IMG/VR virus record: IMGVR_UViG_3300008261_000075
Location: 1 to 64,000 of that record
Length of the DNA stretch: 64,000 bases
Source of the DNA: a virus
Taxonomy: Duplodnaviria > Caudoviricetes
Strand: one strand, 5' to 3'
This document shows, piece after piece, positions 38,017 through 48,177 of this stretch (positions are counted from its first letter, which is position 1; each line of letters starts with the position of its first letter). The position numbers and the translations under genes were made by a program. The notes beneath the pieces are model-generated. The model was given only the letters and a program-made list of their open reading frames with translations, did not search any database and had not been told where the DNA came from.

Positions 38017-39468
38017 ATGGCTTATACCATAAACAAATACGACGGGTCGCAAGTTACAGTAGTTGCGGACGGTACCATCGACAATACTTTAGATATCAAA
38101 TTAATTGGTAAAAACTATGCTGGTTATGGTGAAGTCCAGAACGAGAATTTAGTGTTTTTACTGGAGAATTTTGCTAATACAACCCAACCTTCTAAGCCAG
38201 TTAGGGGCCAAATTTGGTTTGATAGTGGCACAAGAAAATTAAAGTTTTACGATGGAACTAAATTCCGTACTACAGGCGGTGCTGAAATTTCAGCTACTGC
38301 TCCTACTGGGTTAACAACAGGCGACTTTTGGTATGATACAACAAACGACCAGCTATATGCGTGGAACGGTGTTGAATTTATCCTAATTGGACCACAAGGT
38401 GTTTCAGGATCAGGAACTACACAGATGTTATCTCGCAGTGTTCTTGACGATCAAAGCGTTGGACATGCGATTATTGAAGCGATTGTTAATGACAAGACGG
38501 TGTTTATTATCTCAAAAGATGCGTTTACCTTGTCAAGTATTAATCCAATTACAGGATTTACTTCAATTAAGAAAGGTACTACATTAGCATATAGCCCAAC
38601 TGGCGTTACTGCCACAGATGACAGATTTTGGGGAACTGCTACAGACGCAGATAGACTAGGTGGATTTTTAGCATCAGACTATGTTCGCTCAGGCGAAGCT
38701 AATTTTAGTACACTAGTAAGATTTAGTGATTTAGGGTATACAGTCGGTAACAACAATACTCTTAAAGTATTCATTGAAAGTTCTACAGATCCTATTATTC
38801 AAAATCAAGTAGGCGACAAGATTATATTTAGAACTACTGTAGCCGGTATTACAAGAACTCCTTTAAGAATTTTAGGCAATGACTTAATTCCAGGTGTTGA
38901 TAACGGAAACGATGTAGGATCAACGGCGTTTAAATTTAGAACAATGTACGCTAATACCTTTAGCGGACTAGCTACTCAGGCAGCTACGCTAGATGTTGCA
39001 GGTTCGTTTAGAACTGCGTCAGCGGCAGCAACATCAAACTCAATTGCAGCCAGAGATGGTAGCGGCAATCTATATGCTACTTTATTCCAAGGTGAAGCGT
39101 CAACAGCACGTTGGGCTGACTTGGCAGAAAAATATTTAACAGATCAAGTATACGAAGTTGGTACAGTTGTAGCAGTTGGCGGAGAAGCAGAAGTTACAGC
39201 ATCGAAGTATGGAGATAGAGCTATTGGTGTAGTTAGTTCTCAACCTGCATTTATGATGAACAGTGAATTAGAAGGTGGCACATATATTGCGTTGAAAGGT
39301 CGAGTTCCGGTAAAAGTTACTGGGGCAATAACAAAAGGTCAACGTTTAGTTGCAGCCAACGACGGAACAGCAGTTGCTGGAGTCCCACACGCAAACGATG
39401 TATTTGGTATTGCATTAGAATCAAGCGACGACACTGGAGTCAAATTGATCGAAGCAGTGATACTATAA
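38017..39468 (+). CDS. Tail fibre protein with C-terminal intramolecular-chaperone-like domain
   Basis: ENLVFLLENFA module; C-terminal ADLAEKY...GTVV.VGG...IGVVS..PA..MN...ALKGRVPVKV. Confidence 0.75.
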   Translation: MAYTINKYDGSQVTVVADGTIDNTLDIKLIGKNYAGYGEVQNENLVFLLENFANTTQPSKPVRGQIWFDSGTRKLKFYDGTKFRTTGGAEISATAPTGLTTGDFWYDTTNDQLYAWNGVEFILIGPQGVSGSGTTQMLSRSVLDDQSVGHAIIEAIVNDKTVFIISKDAFTLSSINPITGFTSIKKGTTLAYSPTGVTATDDRFWGTATDADRLGGFLASDYVRSGEANFSTLVRFSDLGYTVGNNNTLKVFIESSTDPIIQNQVGDKIIFRTTVAGITRTPLRILGNDLIPGVDNGNDVGSTAFKFRTMYANTFSGLATQAATLDVAGSFRTASAAATSNSIAARDGSGNLYATLFQGEASTARWADLAEKYLTDQVYEVGTVVAVGGEAEVTASKYGDRAIGVVSSQPAFMMNSELEGGTYIALKGRVPVKVTGAITKGQRLVAANDGTAVAGVPHANDVFGIALESSDDTGVKLIEAVIL

Positions 39469-39478
39469 GGAATTAATT

Positions 39479-40390
39479 ATGCCAGGCGTAGGTTCAAGAG
39501 TTAGGGCAGCTGATTATAATGCAATTCAAGGAAAGATTGCATTAGTCTTAGGAACAGGCACAGGCAATTACGGCTATGGTCAGTCTCTCACCAGCACACA
39601 AGTAGCAGTTGGCGATCTAATTCGTGCAGTGCAATGGAATCAGTTAAGAACAGATTTACTTAAAACAAGACAACACCAAACTGGTGTTGACGAAACTAGT
39701 AATTTAACATTGGCTTCAACCAGCAGTATTATTAGTGAAGCCTTGCGGGCACAATACGATAATATGGCAGATACAGTTACTGCCAATAGATTAGCAGTAG
39801 CTAGTAATCAAGGTACATTAGAAAATGTAGTATCACCGTATCAGCGAACTAGTGCATGGAACGGTACATTAACGCATACTTGTACTATTACATTTTCTAG
39901 TTTTGATGCCGCAAGACACTACTTTAACGCTGGCGGAAATTTTCAAATCAGTGCCAGCAGAACTGGCGGAAATTCGGGTTCAAAGAATAATACATGGACA
40001 TTGATGTTAAGTCAAATGGGTACTATTACTATGAACTACACTACTACAGTCTGTGGAGATCCTAGCGCAACTGCTCAGACTTTTCCAATTGGGTTCTATA
40101 GTTTAACAGGCAGCGACCAATTAATCTTCCGTAAACAAGCACCAGCTGGAGCCTATGCAGAAAACGATTATTTTATCTATGCTAGATTAACTGGAAATAA
40201 TATTGTCTTTTCAATAGTATTTCAAGATGAAGATGCAGGTGATTTAAACAATCCAAGTCCTGGTTTTCCACCGGGTCCAGTACAAGACGAGGATGTAGAT
40301 GGTACGTTAACTAGTTCCATTCAAATGTTCCGTCCATCTGGCGCAAACGTATCAGTACCAGTACCGTCTGCTTCGCAGTCAGGATTCTAA
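39479..40390 (+). CDS. Virion structural protein
   Basis: GYGQ, ARHYFNAGG motifs; located in the late operon. Confidence 0.6.
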   Translation: MPGVGSRVRAADYNAIQGKIALVLGTGTGNYGYGQSLTSTQVAVGDLIRAVQWNQLRTDLLKTRQHQTGVDETSNLTLASTSSIISEALRAQYDNMADTVTANRLAVASNQGTLENVVSPYQRTSAWNGTLTHTCTITFSSFDAARHYFNAGGNFQISASRTGGNSGSKNNTWTLMLSQMGTITMNYTTTVCGDPSATAQTFPIGFYSLTGSDQLIFRKQAPAGAYAENDYFIYARLTGNNIVFSIVFQDEDAGDLNNPSPGFPPGPVQDEDVDGTLTSSIQMFRPSGANVSVPVPSASQSGF

Positions 40391-40442
40391 ACCTTTTTAC
40401 TAAATTAAGATAATTACTTGAGCAATTCAAGTGAGATTATCT

Positions 40443-40796
40443 ATGACAGAAAGTTTAGAAAAAGCATTCCAAACCGCCAACTTTATGGCGTCGTTAACAG
40501 GACAAAGAAAATTAGCCTTAGAAGAATTTAATCAAGGACTAATTTTCTATCAAAGTGGTGCTAGCTTTACTATTCAACGAGAGTTAATTACTTTTGTTAA
40601 GTTAGTATTAGATTCTGGATATACTGAAGATGTTGTTCTTATTGACGACAACAATATGCCTGTACAGATAAAAGATGTTCAAGAATTTTATGATAATATT
40701 CTTGACCAATACTTTCAATCATCAAATCAATATTTTTCAAAATATTCAGCACTTAAAAAACAAAGAAAAGTTGAGGATTTAGTCAAGTATGACTAA
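40443..40796 (+). CDS. Small protein, possible tail-fibre assembly factor
   Basis: VLIDDNNMPVQI pattern; follows the fibre genes. Start moved to ATG 40443. Confidence 0.5.
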   Translation: MTESLEKAFQTANFMASLTGQRKLALEEFNQGLIFYQSGASFTIQRELITFVKLVLDSGYTEDVVLIDDNNMPVQIKDVQEFYDNILDQYFQSSNQYFSKYSALKKQRKVEDLVKYD

Positions 40797-41631
40797 GGGA
40801 TGTTTAATCTTTGCTCAGAACAACAGTGAAGTTGACTATGTTAAACAGGCACTGTTTGCAGCCAAGCGGGTAAAACAGTATTTAAATGTTCCAGTTTCAA
40901 TTGTTACAGACAGCCCTGATTATCTTGCTGAGATAGACACAGACAACACATTTGACCAAGTAATTGATATTTGGAAAGTAGTTGACTATAGAAATAGTCA
41001 AACTCAGAATAGAAGTTTTCACGACGGCACACTAAAGAAAAAATTACTAAAGTGGAATAATTTTAGTAGAACAAGTGCATATGAGTTGTCACCTTATGAT
41101 GAAACGTTAGTAATTGACAGTGACTTTATCATCTGCTCTGACAACTTAAAAGCTATCTGGGACAACTCTAGCGATTTTGCCATCTATAAAGACAGCTACG
41201 ATATATCAAGATGGCGTATGAAGTATGAATATATTAATCAGTATTCAGTTCCTTTTTATTGGGCAACAGTATTTTATTTTAAAAAGACTCCTATAACAGA
41301 ATCATTTTTTACGTTGATTAATCACATTAGAGAAAATTGGAATTACTACAGATTGCTCTATTGTGTAGAAACAATGACCTATAGAAACGATTATGCGTTT
41401 AGTATAGCAATCAGTATTATGAACGGTGGCACCCCAGACAGTTTTTTTGCATCAAGTTTGCCCGGAAAACTTTATTACGCTATAGATAAAGACATAATTA
41501 ATAGTATTAACGGACATGAATGTCAAATTCTAATTGAAAAAGAAAGTTTTCCAGGGGAATACATTGTTGTTAAAACATCAAATCTTGATGTACATCTTAT
41601 GAACAAATATAGTTTAGAGCGAATAATTTAA
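40789..41631 (+). CDS. GT-A fold glycosyltransferase-like protein
   Basis: SPYDETLVIDSD (DxD) and WATVFYFKK; paralogue of 42098..42949. Confidence 0.7.
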   Translation: MTKGCLIFAQNNSEVDYVKQALFAAKRVKQYLNVPVSIVTDSPDYLAEIDTDNTFDQVIDIWKVVDYRNSQTQNRSFHDGTLKKKLLKWNNFSRTSAYELSPYDETLVIDSDFIICSDNLKAIWDNSSDFAIYKDSYDISRWRMKYEYINQYSVPFYWATVFYFKKTPITESFFTLINHIRENWNYYRLLYCVETMTYRNDYAFSIAISIMNGGTPDSFFASSLPGKLYYAIDKDIINSINGHECQILIEKESFPGEYIVVKTSNLDVHLMNKYSLERII

Positions 41632-41639
41632 GGAATTTT

Positions 41640-42101
41640 ATGAAATTTATTGAAAATCATCCAAGAACAATAGCCAAGGTAATTTCATGGCGTGTTCTAC
41701 TAACAGTCAGTCATGTCGTAAATGGATTTATTGTATCGGGTAGTTGGGTTACCGGTTTGCAAATTGCCGGACTGGCAGCAGTAATTAATTCAGTGTTATA
41801 CTGGGCACACGAACGTGGTTGGAATTTTGCACAGTGGAATCGTAAACCTTCGGACGGCCTATTATTCCATGAAGGCCAACCACGAACTATCAGCAAGATT
41901 GTTACATGGCGTGTACTAATTACATCTAGCAATTTCTTAATTCCATTTATTATGACAGGAAGCTGGGGTAGTGCTGCCGCGTTCTTAGGTATTGCTACCG
42001 TTGTAAACATTGCATTATTCTATGGACACGAACGTGTTTGGAATAGAGTTACCTGGGGCAAGAAATCCGACGATACTAATACAGCATTAAGCGCGGCATG
42101 A
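41640..42101 (+). CDS. Membrane protein with tandem DUF2061-like domains
   Basis: Two copies of RT..K..[ST]WR...G.W...Y..HER.WN. Confidence 0.8.
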   Translation: MKFIENHPRTIAKVISWRVLLTVSHVVNGFIVSGSWVTGLQIAGLAAVINSVLYWAHERGWNFAQWNRKPSDGLLFHEGQPRTISKIVTWRVLITSSNFLIPFIMTGSWGSAAAFLGIATVVNIALFYGHERVWNRVTWGKKSDDTNTALSAA

Positions 42102-42949
42102 AAGGATTCCTAGTATTAGCTCAAAATAGCGAAGGCATAGATTATGTAAAGCAAGCCTATGCTCTTGCTTTGAGTCTACATACTAGTCAAGATTCTTGCC
42201 TTATAAGTATCGTCACAAACGATCCTGTGCCTGAAGAGTATCAAGCAGTGTTTGATAAAGTACTAGCCATTCCCGGTGACGACCAAGCAGCCGACAGTGT
42301 ATGGAAGGTTGAAAATCGTTGGAAACTATATCACATTACACCGTATGATGAAACTATAGTCTTAGATAGTGATATGTTAGTCTTAGACAATTTCACACCA
42401 ATGTGGGATCAGTTGTCTAACTACGATGTTTTCTTCAATTCAAAAATAAAAGATTTTAGAGGTCGAGTACTTAAAGACTATGTAAATCGTAAAATGTTTA
42501 ATGAGAACGAATTACCTAACGTATATTTTGGTCTCCATTACTTTAAGAAAAATAAAACAGCGTTAGACTTTTATAACGCTATGGCATTTGTTGTTGCCAA
42601 CTGGGAACGTACATATTTTGATATTGCTCCTAAGCACAAACAGAGTTGGCTAAGCATGGATGTCAGTGCAGCCATTGCGGCCAAGGTGTTAGGCGTAGAC
42701 GATCAAATTGTCAATGATCAAATCAACTTATCAATAACACACATGAAATCTAATCTGCAGAATATTAGTCCAATACCAACAAGTTGGACTAAAGTTTTAG
42801 ATTGGTACTATACTGATAGCGGACAGTTATACGTGTCTAATATTTTACAAACAGGCGTGTTTCATTATATTGACGATAGTTTTTTAACTCCACAAGTGTT
42901 ATCTTCATTAAAGGAATCCTCAAAAAATGGAAGAAGAATTGTTGCATGA
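42098..42949 (+). CDS. GT-A fold glycosyltransferase-like protein
   Basis: KVENRWKLYHITPYDETIVLDSDML (DxD), ITHMK. Confidence 0.7.
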   Translation: MKGFLVLAQNSEGIDYVKQAYALALSLHTSQDSCLISIVTNDPVPEEYQAVFDKVLAIPGDDQAADSVWKVENRWKLYHITPYDETIVLDSDMLVLDNFTPMWDQLSNYDVFFNSKIKDFRGRVLKDYVNRKMFNENELPNVYFGLHYFKKNKTALDFYNAMAFVVANWERTYFDIAPKHKQSWLSMDVSAAIAAKVLGVDDQIVNDQINLSITHMKSNLQNISPIPTSWTKVLDWYYTDSGQLYVSNILQTGVFHYIDDSFLTPQVLSSLKESSKNGRRIVA

Positions 42950-43565
42950 AGATGACGTATTGTCAGATGAAGCAATCATACAAGCACATAATCTAGGTGT
43001 TATTGACAACAGCTATTTGATTTATTTTGATAAATTTAATGGTGCAATACTTTCAATAACAAATGAAGAAAGAAAAGATCTTGATTCGTTTATCAAGATG
43101 CCATATGACGATGTAAAACTATTTTTAGAAGGCAAACAAAATTTTAATGATTTTAAAATTGTCTTTGAAAAAGATCAAATAACTTTAGTTAGTTCTAAAG
43201 TTAGTACTGATATCAATTTTAATTCATTAATTCTTGTAGATTTGTCTAATGTATTAGATAGCTCGTGTTCAATTGAAAATCACATAGATGTAAAACACTG
43301 GGCATTTAAAATACGTGATGATGTTAAAGTTGGCCTAAAACAAAAAATTCTTGATGTAACATTAGAGTTTTATATTTGTAAATATCAAAATAAAAATTTT
43401 GTGTTTAGAACAATTCCTATAACACTAGAAAGACTAGTTCGAGAAGATCGCGTGTTTATCCCACATGAATTTAATATCGAATCTGATAGTACAGAAGTTT
43501 CTATTGTAACTAAAAAATTCTTTGATACTTATAGCCTAAGGACATTAAATGAGTCAAAAGTTTAA
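42927..43565 (+). CDS. Hypothetical protein
   Basis: 212-aa ORF overlapping both neighbours in the operon. Confidence 0.7.
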   Translation: MEEELLHEDDVLSDEAIIQAHNLGVIDNSYLIYFDKFNGAILSITNEERKDLDSFIKMPYDDVKLFLEGKQNFNDFKIVFEKDQITLVSSKVSTDINFNSLILVDLSNVLDSSCSIENHIDVKHWAFKIRDDVKVGLKQKILDVTLEFYICKYQNKNFVFRTIPITLERLVREDRVFIPHEFNIESDSTEVSIVTKKFFDTYSLRTLNESKV

Positions 43566-44472
43566 AATTATAGATTTTGACATTATCTATCTCAGCTATG
43601 ATGAACCAAATGCTGAAAAAAATTATGCAGATTTATTAAACAAAGTACCCTGGGCAAAGCGTGTACACGGTGTTAAAGGCAGCGATAGTGCTCATAAAGC
43701 CTGCGCCGCATTAAGTGAAACAGATCGATTCGTTACAGTAGACGGCGACAATATTGTACGTGAAGATTTCTTTAATCAAGAAGTTGACTTTACTGCATAC
43801 AAAGACTATAGTCGTTGTGTAGTTAGTTGGTGTGGTCATAACATTATAAATGGATTAATGTACGGTAACGGCGGCCTAAAGTTATGGCCAAAAGAATACG
43901 TGTTGTCTATGAAGACGCACGAAAATGCTCCCACTGATGATCCAAATGCACAAGTAGACTTTTGCTGGGATGCAGAATATATCCAAATGAATAGTTGTTA
44001 CAGCGATGTACACAATAATGCTACTCCGTTTCAAGCATGGCGAGCAGGATTCCGTGAAGGTGTTAAGATGTCATTGGATCGTGGCGTTCGTGTTAATCAT
44101 ATAAATTTTAAAAAAGAAGTACATTGGAAAAATCTACATCGCTTGTTGATCTGGATGAATGTTGGGTCTGATGTTAAAAACGGTATGTGGGCAATACTTG
44201 GCGCTAGACAGGGATGCTACATGACCAATTGTACTGATTGGGATTATACCAATGTTCGAGATTTTGATTATCTTGGAAAACTATATGCTGAGACAGTAGA
44301 CGGTACAGTTACTGATGAAAACATTATTGATTATGTAAAACATTTTGGGGACAAATTAAGTCCGCAATTGGACATACCATTAAGCGTGTTAGATGAAAGT
44401 GCCAGCCGATTTTTTAAACATGTTCATGCAGATCAAACTCGTATTACAACTAATCTGCTAGACAGAGAATAA
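43549..44472 (+). CDS. Glycosyltransferase-like protein (GT-A)
   Basis: SYDEPNAE, RVHGVKG..AHK, VDGDN (DxD), YGNGGLK, AWRAGFREGVK. Confidence 0.7.
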   Translation: MSQKFKIIDFDIIYLSYDEPNAEKNYADLLNKVPWAKRVHGVKGSDSAHKACAALSETDRFVTVDGDNIVREDFFNQEVDFTAYKDYSRCVVSWCGHNIINGLMYGNGGLKLWPKEYVLSMKTHENAPTDDPNAQVDFCWDAEYIQMNSCYSDVHNNATPFQAWRAGFREGVKMSLDRGVRVNHINFKKEVHWKNLHRLLIWMNVGSDVKNGMWAILGARQGCYMTNCTDWDYTNVRDFDYLGKLYAETVDGTVTDENIIDYVKHFGDKLSPQLDIPLSVLDESASRFFKHVHADQTRITTNLLDRE

Positions 44473-45524
44473 TGTACGATATAATTTTCCTACATAATAA
44501 GTCTTGGCCAGAAGATGCATTAAACCGTGCAAAAGATCAATTTCCGTTAGCTAAAATAGTTTATGATTTAGATGCTTTTTCTACAGCAGTAAATTACACA
44601 AACACTGTTAGAACTAAAATGTTTTGGATTATACCAACTGTCCAACTTCTTAGTTTTGAATTTTTAAAAATAGATCCTGTATTTTTAGATAGGATTTCTT
44701 ATTTAGAAGATGTAAATTCTAATAAGATCTATTTGTGCCCTGGAAGAAAACCAGTAACTAAGGCAGCATTTGAATCTGCTAAATTTTTAGTAAGCACTCG
44801 ATATAAAAAATCATCAGTATGTTATGATGTATTTTTTCTCAGTTACAATGAAACTTATGCAGAGAATAACTGGCAAAAATTAAAAAACAAAGTGCCATCT
44901 GCAAATAGAGTAAACGGGATTAAGGGAATAGCCAATGCACATAAACGTGCCGCACTCGGTTCTGCAACAAGTTTTTTATGGGTAGTTGACGCCGATGCAA
45001 TAATTGAAGACACTTTTAAATTTACCTACGAAGTATCAGCTGATCATTTTGATACAGTTCATATTTGGAAGAGTCGTAATCCAGTCAATGGATTAGAATA
45101 CGGTTACGGCGGAATAAAGTTATTACCAAAACATCTATTAATAGATAAAACAGCAGGAGTTGATGTTACTACTAGTTTAAGTCACAATGTTAAAGTTATG
45201 GACGAAATTAGCAATGTAACAAACTTTGCGGTTAGTCCATTTGAAGCATGGAAAGGTGCGTTTCGAGAGTGTGCAAAATTAGCTAGTCAAAGTATTGATA
45301 GACAAGATACTAGCGAAACACAGGATCGATTAGCAAAGTGGTTAGAGCCAACTAATCATGTATTTGCTAACTATATACTTGATGGCGCACAGCAAGGAGA
45401 GTTGTTTGGGAAAACGTGCAGAAGTAACATATCTGCACTGGTTTCAATTAACAATTATGATTGGCTAGGCAATCAGTTTGATACAAGATCGTTAGCCATA
45501 GGGAACACTGTTGAAATTACTTGA
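44472..45524 (+). CDS. Glycosyltransferase-like protein (GT-A), paralogue of 43549..44472
   Basis: SYNETYAE, RVNGIKGIANAH, VDADA, YGYGGIKL, AWKGAFRECAKL. Confidence 0.7.
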   Translation: MYDIIFLHNKSWPEDALNRAKDQFPLAKIVYDLDAFSTAVNYTNTVRTKMFWIIPTVQLLSFEFLKIDPVFLDRISYLEDVNSNKIYLCPGRKPVTKAAFESAKFLVSTRYKKSSVCYDVFFLSYNETYAENNWQKLKNKVPSANRVNGIKGIANAHKRAALGSATSFLWVVDADAIIEDTFKFTYEVSADHFDTVHIWKSRNPVNGLEYGYGGIKLLPKHLLIDKTAGVDVTTSLSHNVKVMDEISNVTNFAVSPFEAWKGAFRECAKLASQSIDRQDTSETQDRLAKWLEPTNHVFANYILDGAQQGELFGKTCRSNISALVSINNYDWLGNQFDTRSLAIGNTVEIT

Positions 45525-46141
45525 GCACATGCTTTGGCAATTTCTTGATGTTCTAGTTGAGTACCGTTAGCTGATCGAAGTTCTATGTAGTGTACCCAAC
45601 TACGTAAAGTTCCATTCATATATAAACGACTTTCTGTAAGACCTTCTGGTAAAACAGCACGAGCCTGTTCCTTGGCAATACCTCTTTCAATTGCCTCAGA
45701 GTATGCTGAACTAGCCTGTTCAATAATCCATTTTTGTTTAGCATCCCACCATGCTTGCAGTTCTGTGTCATTTGTGGAAATACTGTTTTGCCTATTTTTT
45801 GTATCTTGTAGCCTAGCCTCTCGAATTACAAAATTTAAATCTTTAGTAGGATCAGCGTAGCGTTGACTAAACTCTTGAAATGCAAAGCTTCGATGTCGCA
45901 GAATTTGCCTTGCAATATCTCTAGTAGTAGTAATTTCAATACAGGCGCTGACCATTTCTAATGGTGACCAATGTTGATGTTTAATTAGATATTTGATAAG
46001 TTTTTCACTAGTTTCTGTATTAAATTGATTGCTAGGATTACTTACTCTTGCACAATATGCAATAAGTTCTTGAGCATCAGCGATGCCCAAATTCTTAAAC
46101 TCTTGTGTGGGTTGACTGTAGGATAGGAGGTTAACTTTCAT
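45473..46141 (-). CDS. thyX: Flavin-dependent thymidylate synthase
   Basis: HWSPLE, RQILRHRSFAFQEFSQRY ThyX motif, EQARAVLP. Confidence 0.95.
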   Translation of the reverse strand: MKVNLLSYSQPTQEFKNLGIADAQELIAYCARVSNPSNQFNTETSEKLIKYLIKHQHWSPLEMVSACIEITTTRDIARQILRHRSFAFQEFSQRYADPTKDLNFVIREARLQDTKNRQNSISTNDTELQAWWDAKQKWIIEQASSAYSEAIERGIAKEQARAVLPEGLTESRLYMNGTLRSWVHYIELRSANGTQLEHQEIAKACAQVISTVFPMANDLVSN

Positions 46142-46462
46142 TTAATCTAACTTTTTCTTAAGAAATTTTTGTGTATCTTTAGTAATATCTTTTTTAACTC
46201 TGTCAGTATCTAACTTAAAATCAACGTTATCAATTTTTTCTTCGTATGTTTTAACCAACTCAGAAATAGACTTTTCGAACTGATCCCAACCAGCATCTCT
46301 AGTCTTTTTAGTAACTTTAATCTCCCAAACTTTACCGTCTTTAAAATTTAACAGCACAGAGTCCAAATATCGTAAGGGTAGAACATTTAATCTTACCTCA
46401 CCAAATACTTCAGGCCAGTGTGCTATAACATCTTTTGGGAGAGACTTCCCTTGGTTGCTCAC
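46142..46462 (-). CDS. Hypothetical phage protein
   Basis: ORF coupled to neighbours; HWPEVF. Confidence 0.7.
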   Translation of the reverse strand: MSNQGKSLPKDVIAHWPEVFGEVRLNVLPLRYLDSVLLNFKDGKVWEIKVTKKTRDAGWDQFEKSISELVKTYEEKIDNVDFKLDTDRVKKDITKDTQKFLKKKLD

Positions 46463-47076
46463 TCCACTGCCGATACTTTCTTTTTAGTGGGCACTAAATC
46501 TTCAGCCATTCTTCTAAGTTGTGCTGCCTCTTTACTAAGACGATCTGCATCGCTTCGGTATTTTTTAGCTACAGCATCGTCAGTTAGTGGCTCGGTATCG
46601 GTTGGTGGAGTCAACGGTTGAGATTTTGGCGGATCTACATCTCGAATAGTTGCAACATCACGTACCTGAATATTTGGATCAGTTAATGGACGTTGTACAG
46701 CAAGGCTGTCAACTGTAACGCCTTTTTGCTCTGCAATTAATGAATTTAATTCAGACAGTATTACAGTGTGACTGTTAGTTGGGCACATTTCTATTTCGCT
46801 AGTACCAACAGATATCATCCTACCTTGAGAATGCAAAGCAGCCAGCATAATAGTACCGTCTGGAAAATTGGTACGTGCTAATACTTCTGCAAATTCGTTA
46901 GCACTTTGTCCAGCGTTACTCTCAACAAGATTAATTAATGCATCGTGATAACTATCTGGTAGGCTTTCAGTTGGGACAACCAAGCATCTATCAGATGCAC
47001 CAGGTAATGTTCTAAAAGCTACTAATACTTTTTTGCCGGTTTTTACAACCCGACCTATGTGTTTAAGTTCAGCCAT
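46459..47076 (-). CDS. Hypothetical phage protein
   Basis: Start MAELKHIGR at 47076 after GGAG; C-terminal coiled coil. Confidence 0.7.
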   Translation of the reverse strand: MAELKHIGRVVKTGKKVLVAFRTLPGASDRCLVVPTESLPDSYHDALINLVESNAGQSANEFAEVLARTNFPDGTIMLAALHSQGRMISVGTSEIEMCPTNSHTVILSELNSLIAEQKGVTVDSLAVQRPLTDPNIQVRDVATIRDVDPPKSQPLTPPTDTEPLTDDAVAKKYRSDADRLSKEAAQLRRMAEDLVPTKKKVSAVE

Positions 47077-47311
47077 TTTGTTTTGCTCCTTCTGCAGTTT
47101 TTGACACAACATCTAAAAATGCGGCCAGCTTTGCATATGTTTGGCCCACCGCCACCATTTCAGATGGTTTAAATGCACCCCTGCTACTAGCGATGTCGAT
47201 GATAACTTTTAAGGCATTAAGATCGTTAATGTTAAGATCTGGGCCTTCTTGTGCGGGTGCGGCCGGCCCGCTTGGTGCCGCTGTTTTAATATCTTTGTTT
47301 TCTTCAGTCAT
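47069..47311 (-). CDS. Hypothetical phage protein
   Basis: AGGAG RBS; IIDIASSRGAFK motif. Confidence 0.75.
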   Translation of the reverse strand: MTEENKDIKTAAPSGPAAPAQEGPDLNINDLNALKVIIDIASSRGAFKPSEMVAVGQTYAKLAAFLDVVSKTAEGAKQNG

Positions 47312-47341
47312 AAAGTCTCCTAAACAAGAACGTATAGTAAT

Positions 47342-47629
47342 TTATCTTGATTCTAAAATAGGACACGCAATTTTGAAGAAACTAAGTTCTTTTTCCGTTT
47401 CAAACCCTACCTTAGTTACATATACTATGGTATTTGTATGATCTAAAGTTAAATCCTGACCTACGTAATATCTACCGTTAAGATTCAGTTTAATCCATTG
47501 ATCGATATCTTTAACTAATGTAGGTGTATATCTGTCTATTTTAGTGTAAACAAAATGCGGAGCAGAATAATCTACTCTCCTTAGATTAAAAAAATTTAAA
47601 GGATTTGGCTTGCCATTTTTTAAGGCCAT
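47342..47629 (-). CDS. Hypothetical phage protein
   Basis: PNPLNFF...KVGFETEKELSFF; in operon. Confidence 0.7.
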   Translation of the reverse strand: MALKNGKPNPLNFFNLRRVDYSAPHFVYTKIDRYTPTLVKDIDQWIKLNLNGRYYVGQDLTLDHTNTIVYVTKVGFETEKELSFFKIACPILESR

Positions 47630-48177
47630 TATTTTTTACCTATTGTCATGTATCTAGTATAGGAATCCATGCATTTACTACCTGTAAAAAATGTTTCAGC
47701 TAGCGGAAATTTTTGTTCTAATTCTTCTATACTTGATACTATGTTTATGTGATCTGAGTGTTGAAGATTGTTAGATTGAAATAGACACAGAGTACCATTA
47801 GGTATCCGATCATACCATGCGGTACCTTTTACGTGTTCAGTTACTGTATTAATTACGCAGTTAACGGACACTGGGTAATCTATTGTATTAATATCTTGTG
47901 GATATGCTCTAAATGCCCAGTCTTGTAATTCCCAAGTGTTGTTAATTGCATTAGCAACTGAACAGGCACTGGGATCAAGATCAAAAGATCGACACGAATT
48001 TATTTTAATATTATTTCTAACTTTGAGGATAAAGTGTAATAGGGAATACCAACCGCCTAAGACATATATGTCCAAGGGGTCGGTAATGTGTTCCTTTACA
48101 CACCATTCTAGTTTTTCAGCGGCCCATAGTTTGCTATTAACTTGACCACTACTAAATGCATCAAACTCTAGATTCAT
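47629..48177 (-). CDS. SAM-dependent methyltransferase-like protein
   Basis: YVLGGWYS (motif I), SFDLDP, VINTVTEH, FQSNN. Start moved to ATG 48177. Confidence 0.65.
   Translation of the reverse strand: MNLEFDAFSSGQVNSKLWAAEKLEWCVKEHITDPLDIYVLGGWYSLLHFILKVRNNIKINSCRSFDLDPSACSVANAINNTWELQDWAFRAYPQDINTIDYPVSVNCVINTVTEHVKGTAWYDRIPNGTLCLFQSNNLQHSDHINIVSSIEELEQKFPLAETFFTGSKCMDSYTRYMTIGKK

Noticed and set aside
29795-39468. Diversity-generating retroelement or invertible fibre cassette
   Set aside because: No reverse transcriptase, invertase, or near-identical TR/VR repeat pair seen.
5665-42010. Many antisense ORFs in the track (e.g. 34374..34967, 31702..32214, 7731..8231)
   Set aside because: Shadows of long sense genes, with no recognisable motifs.
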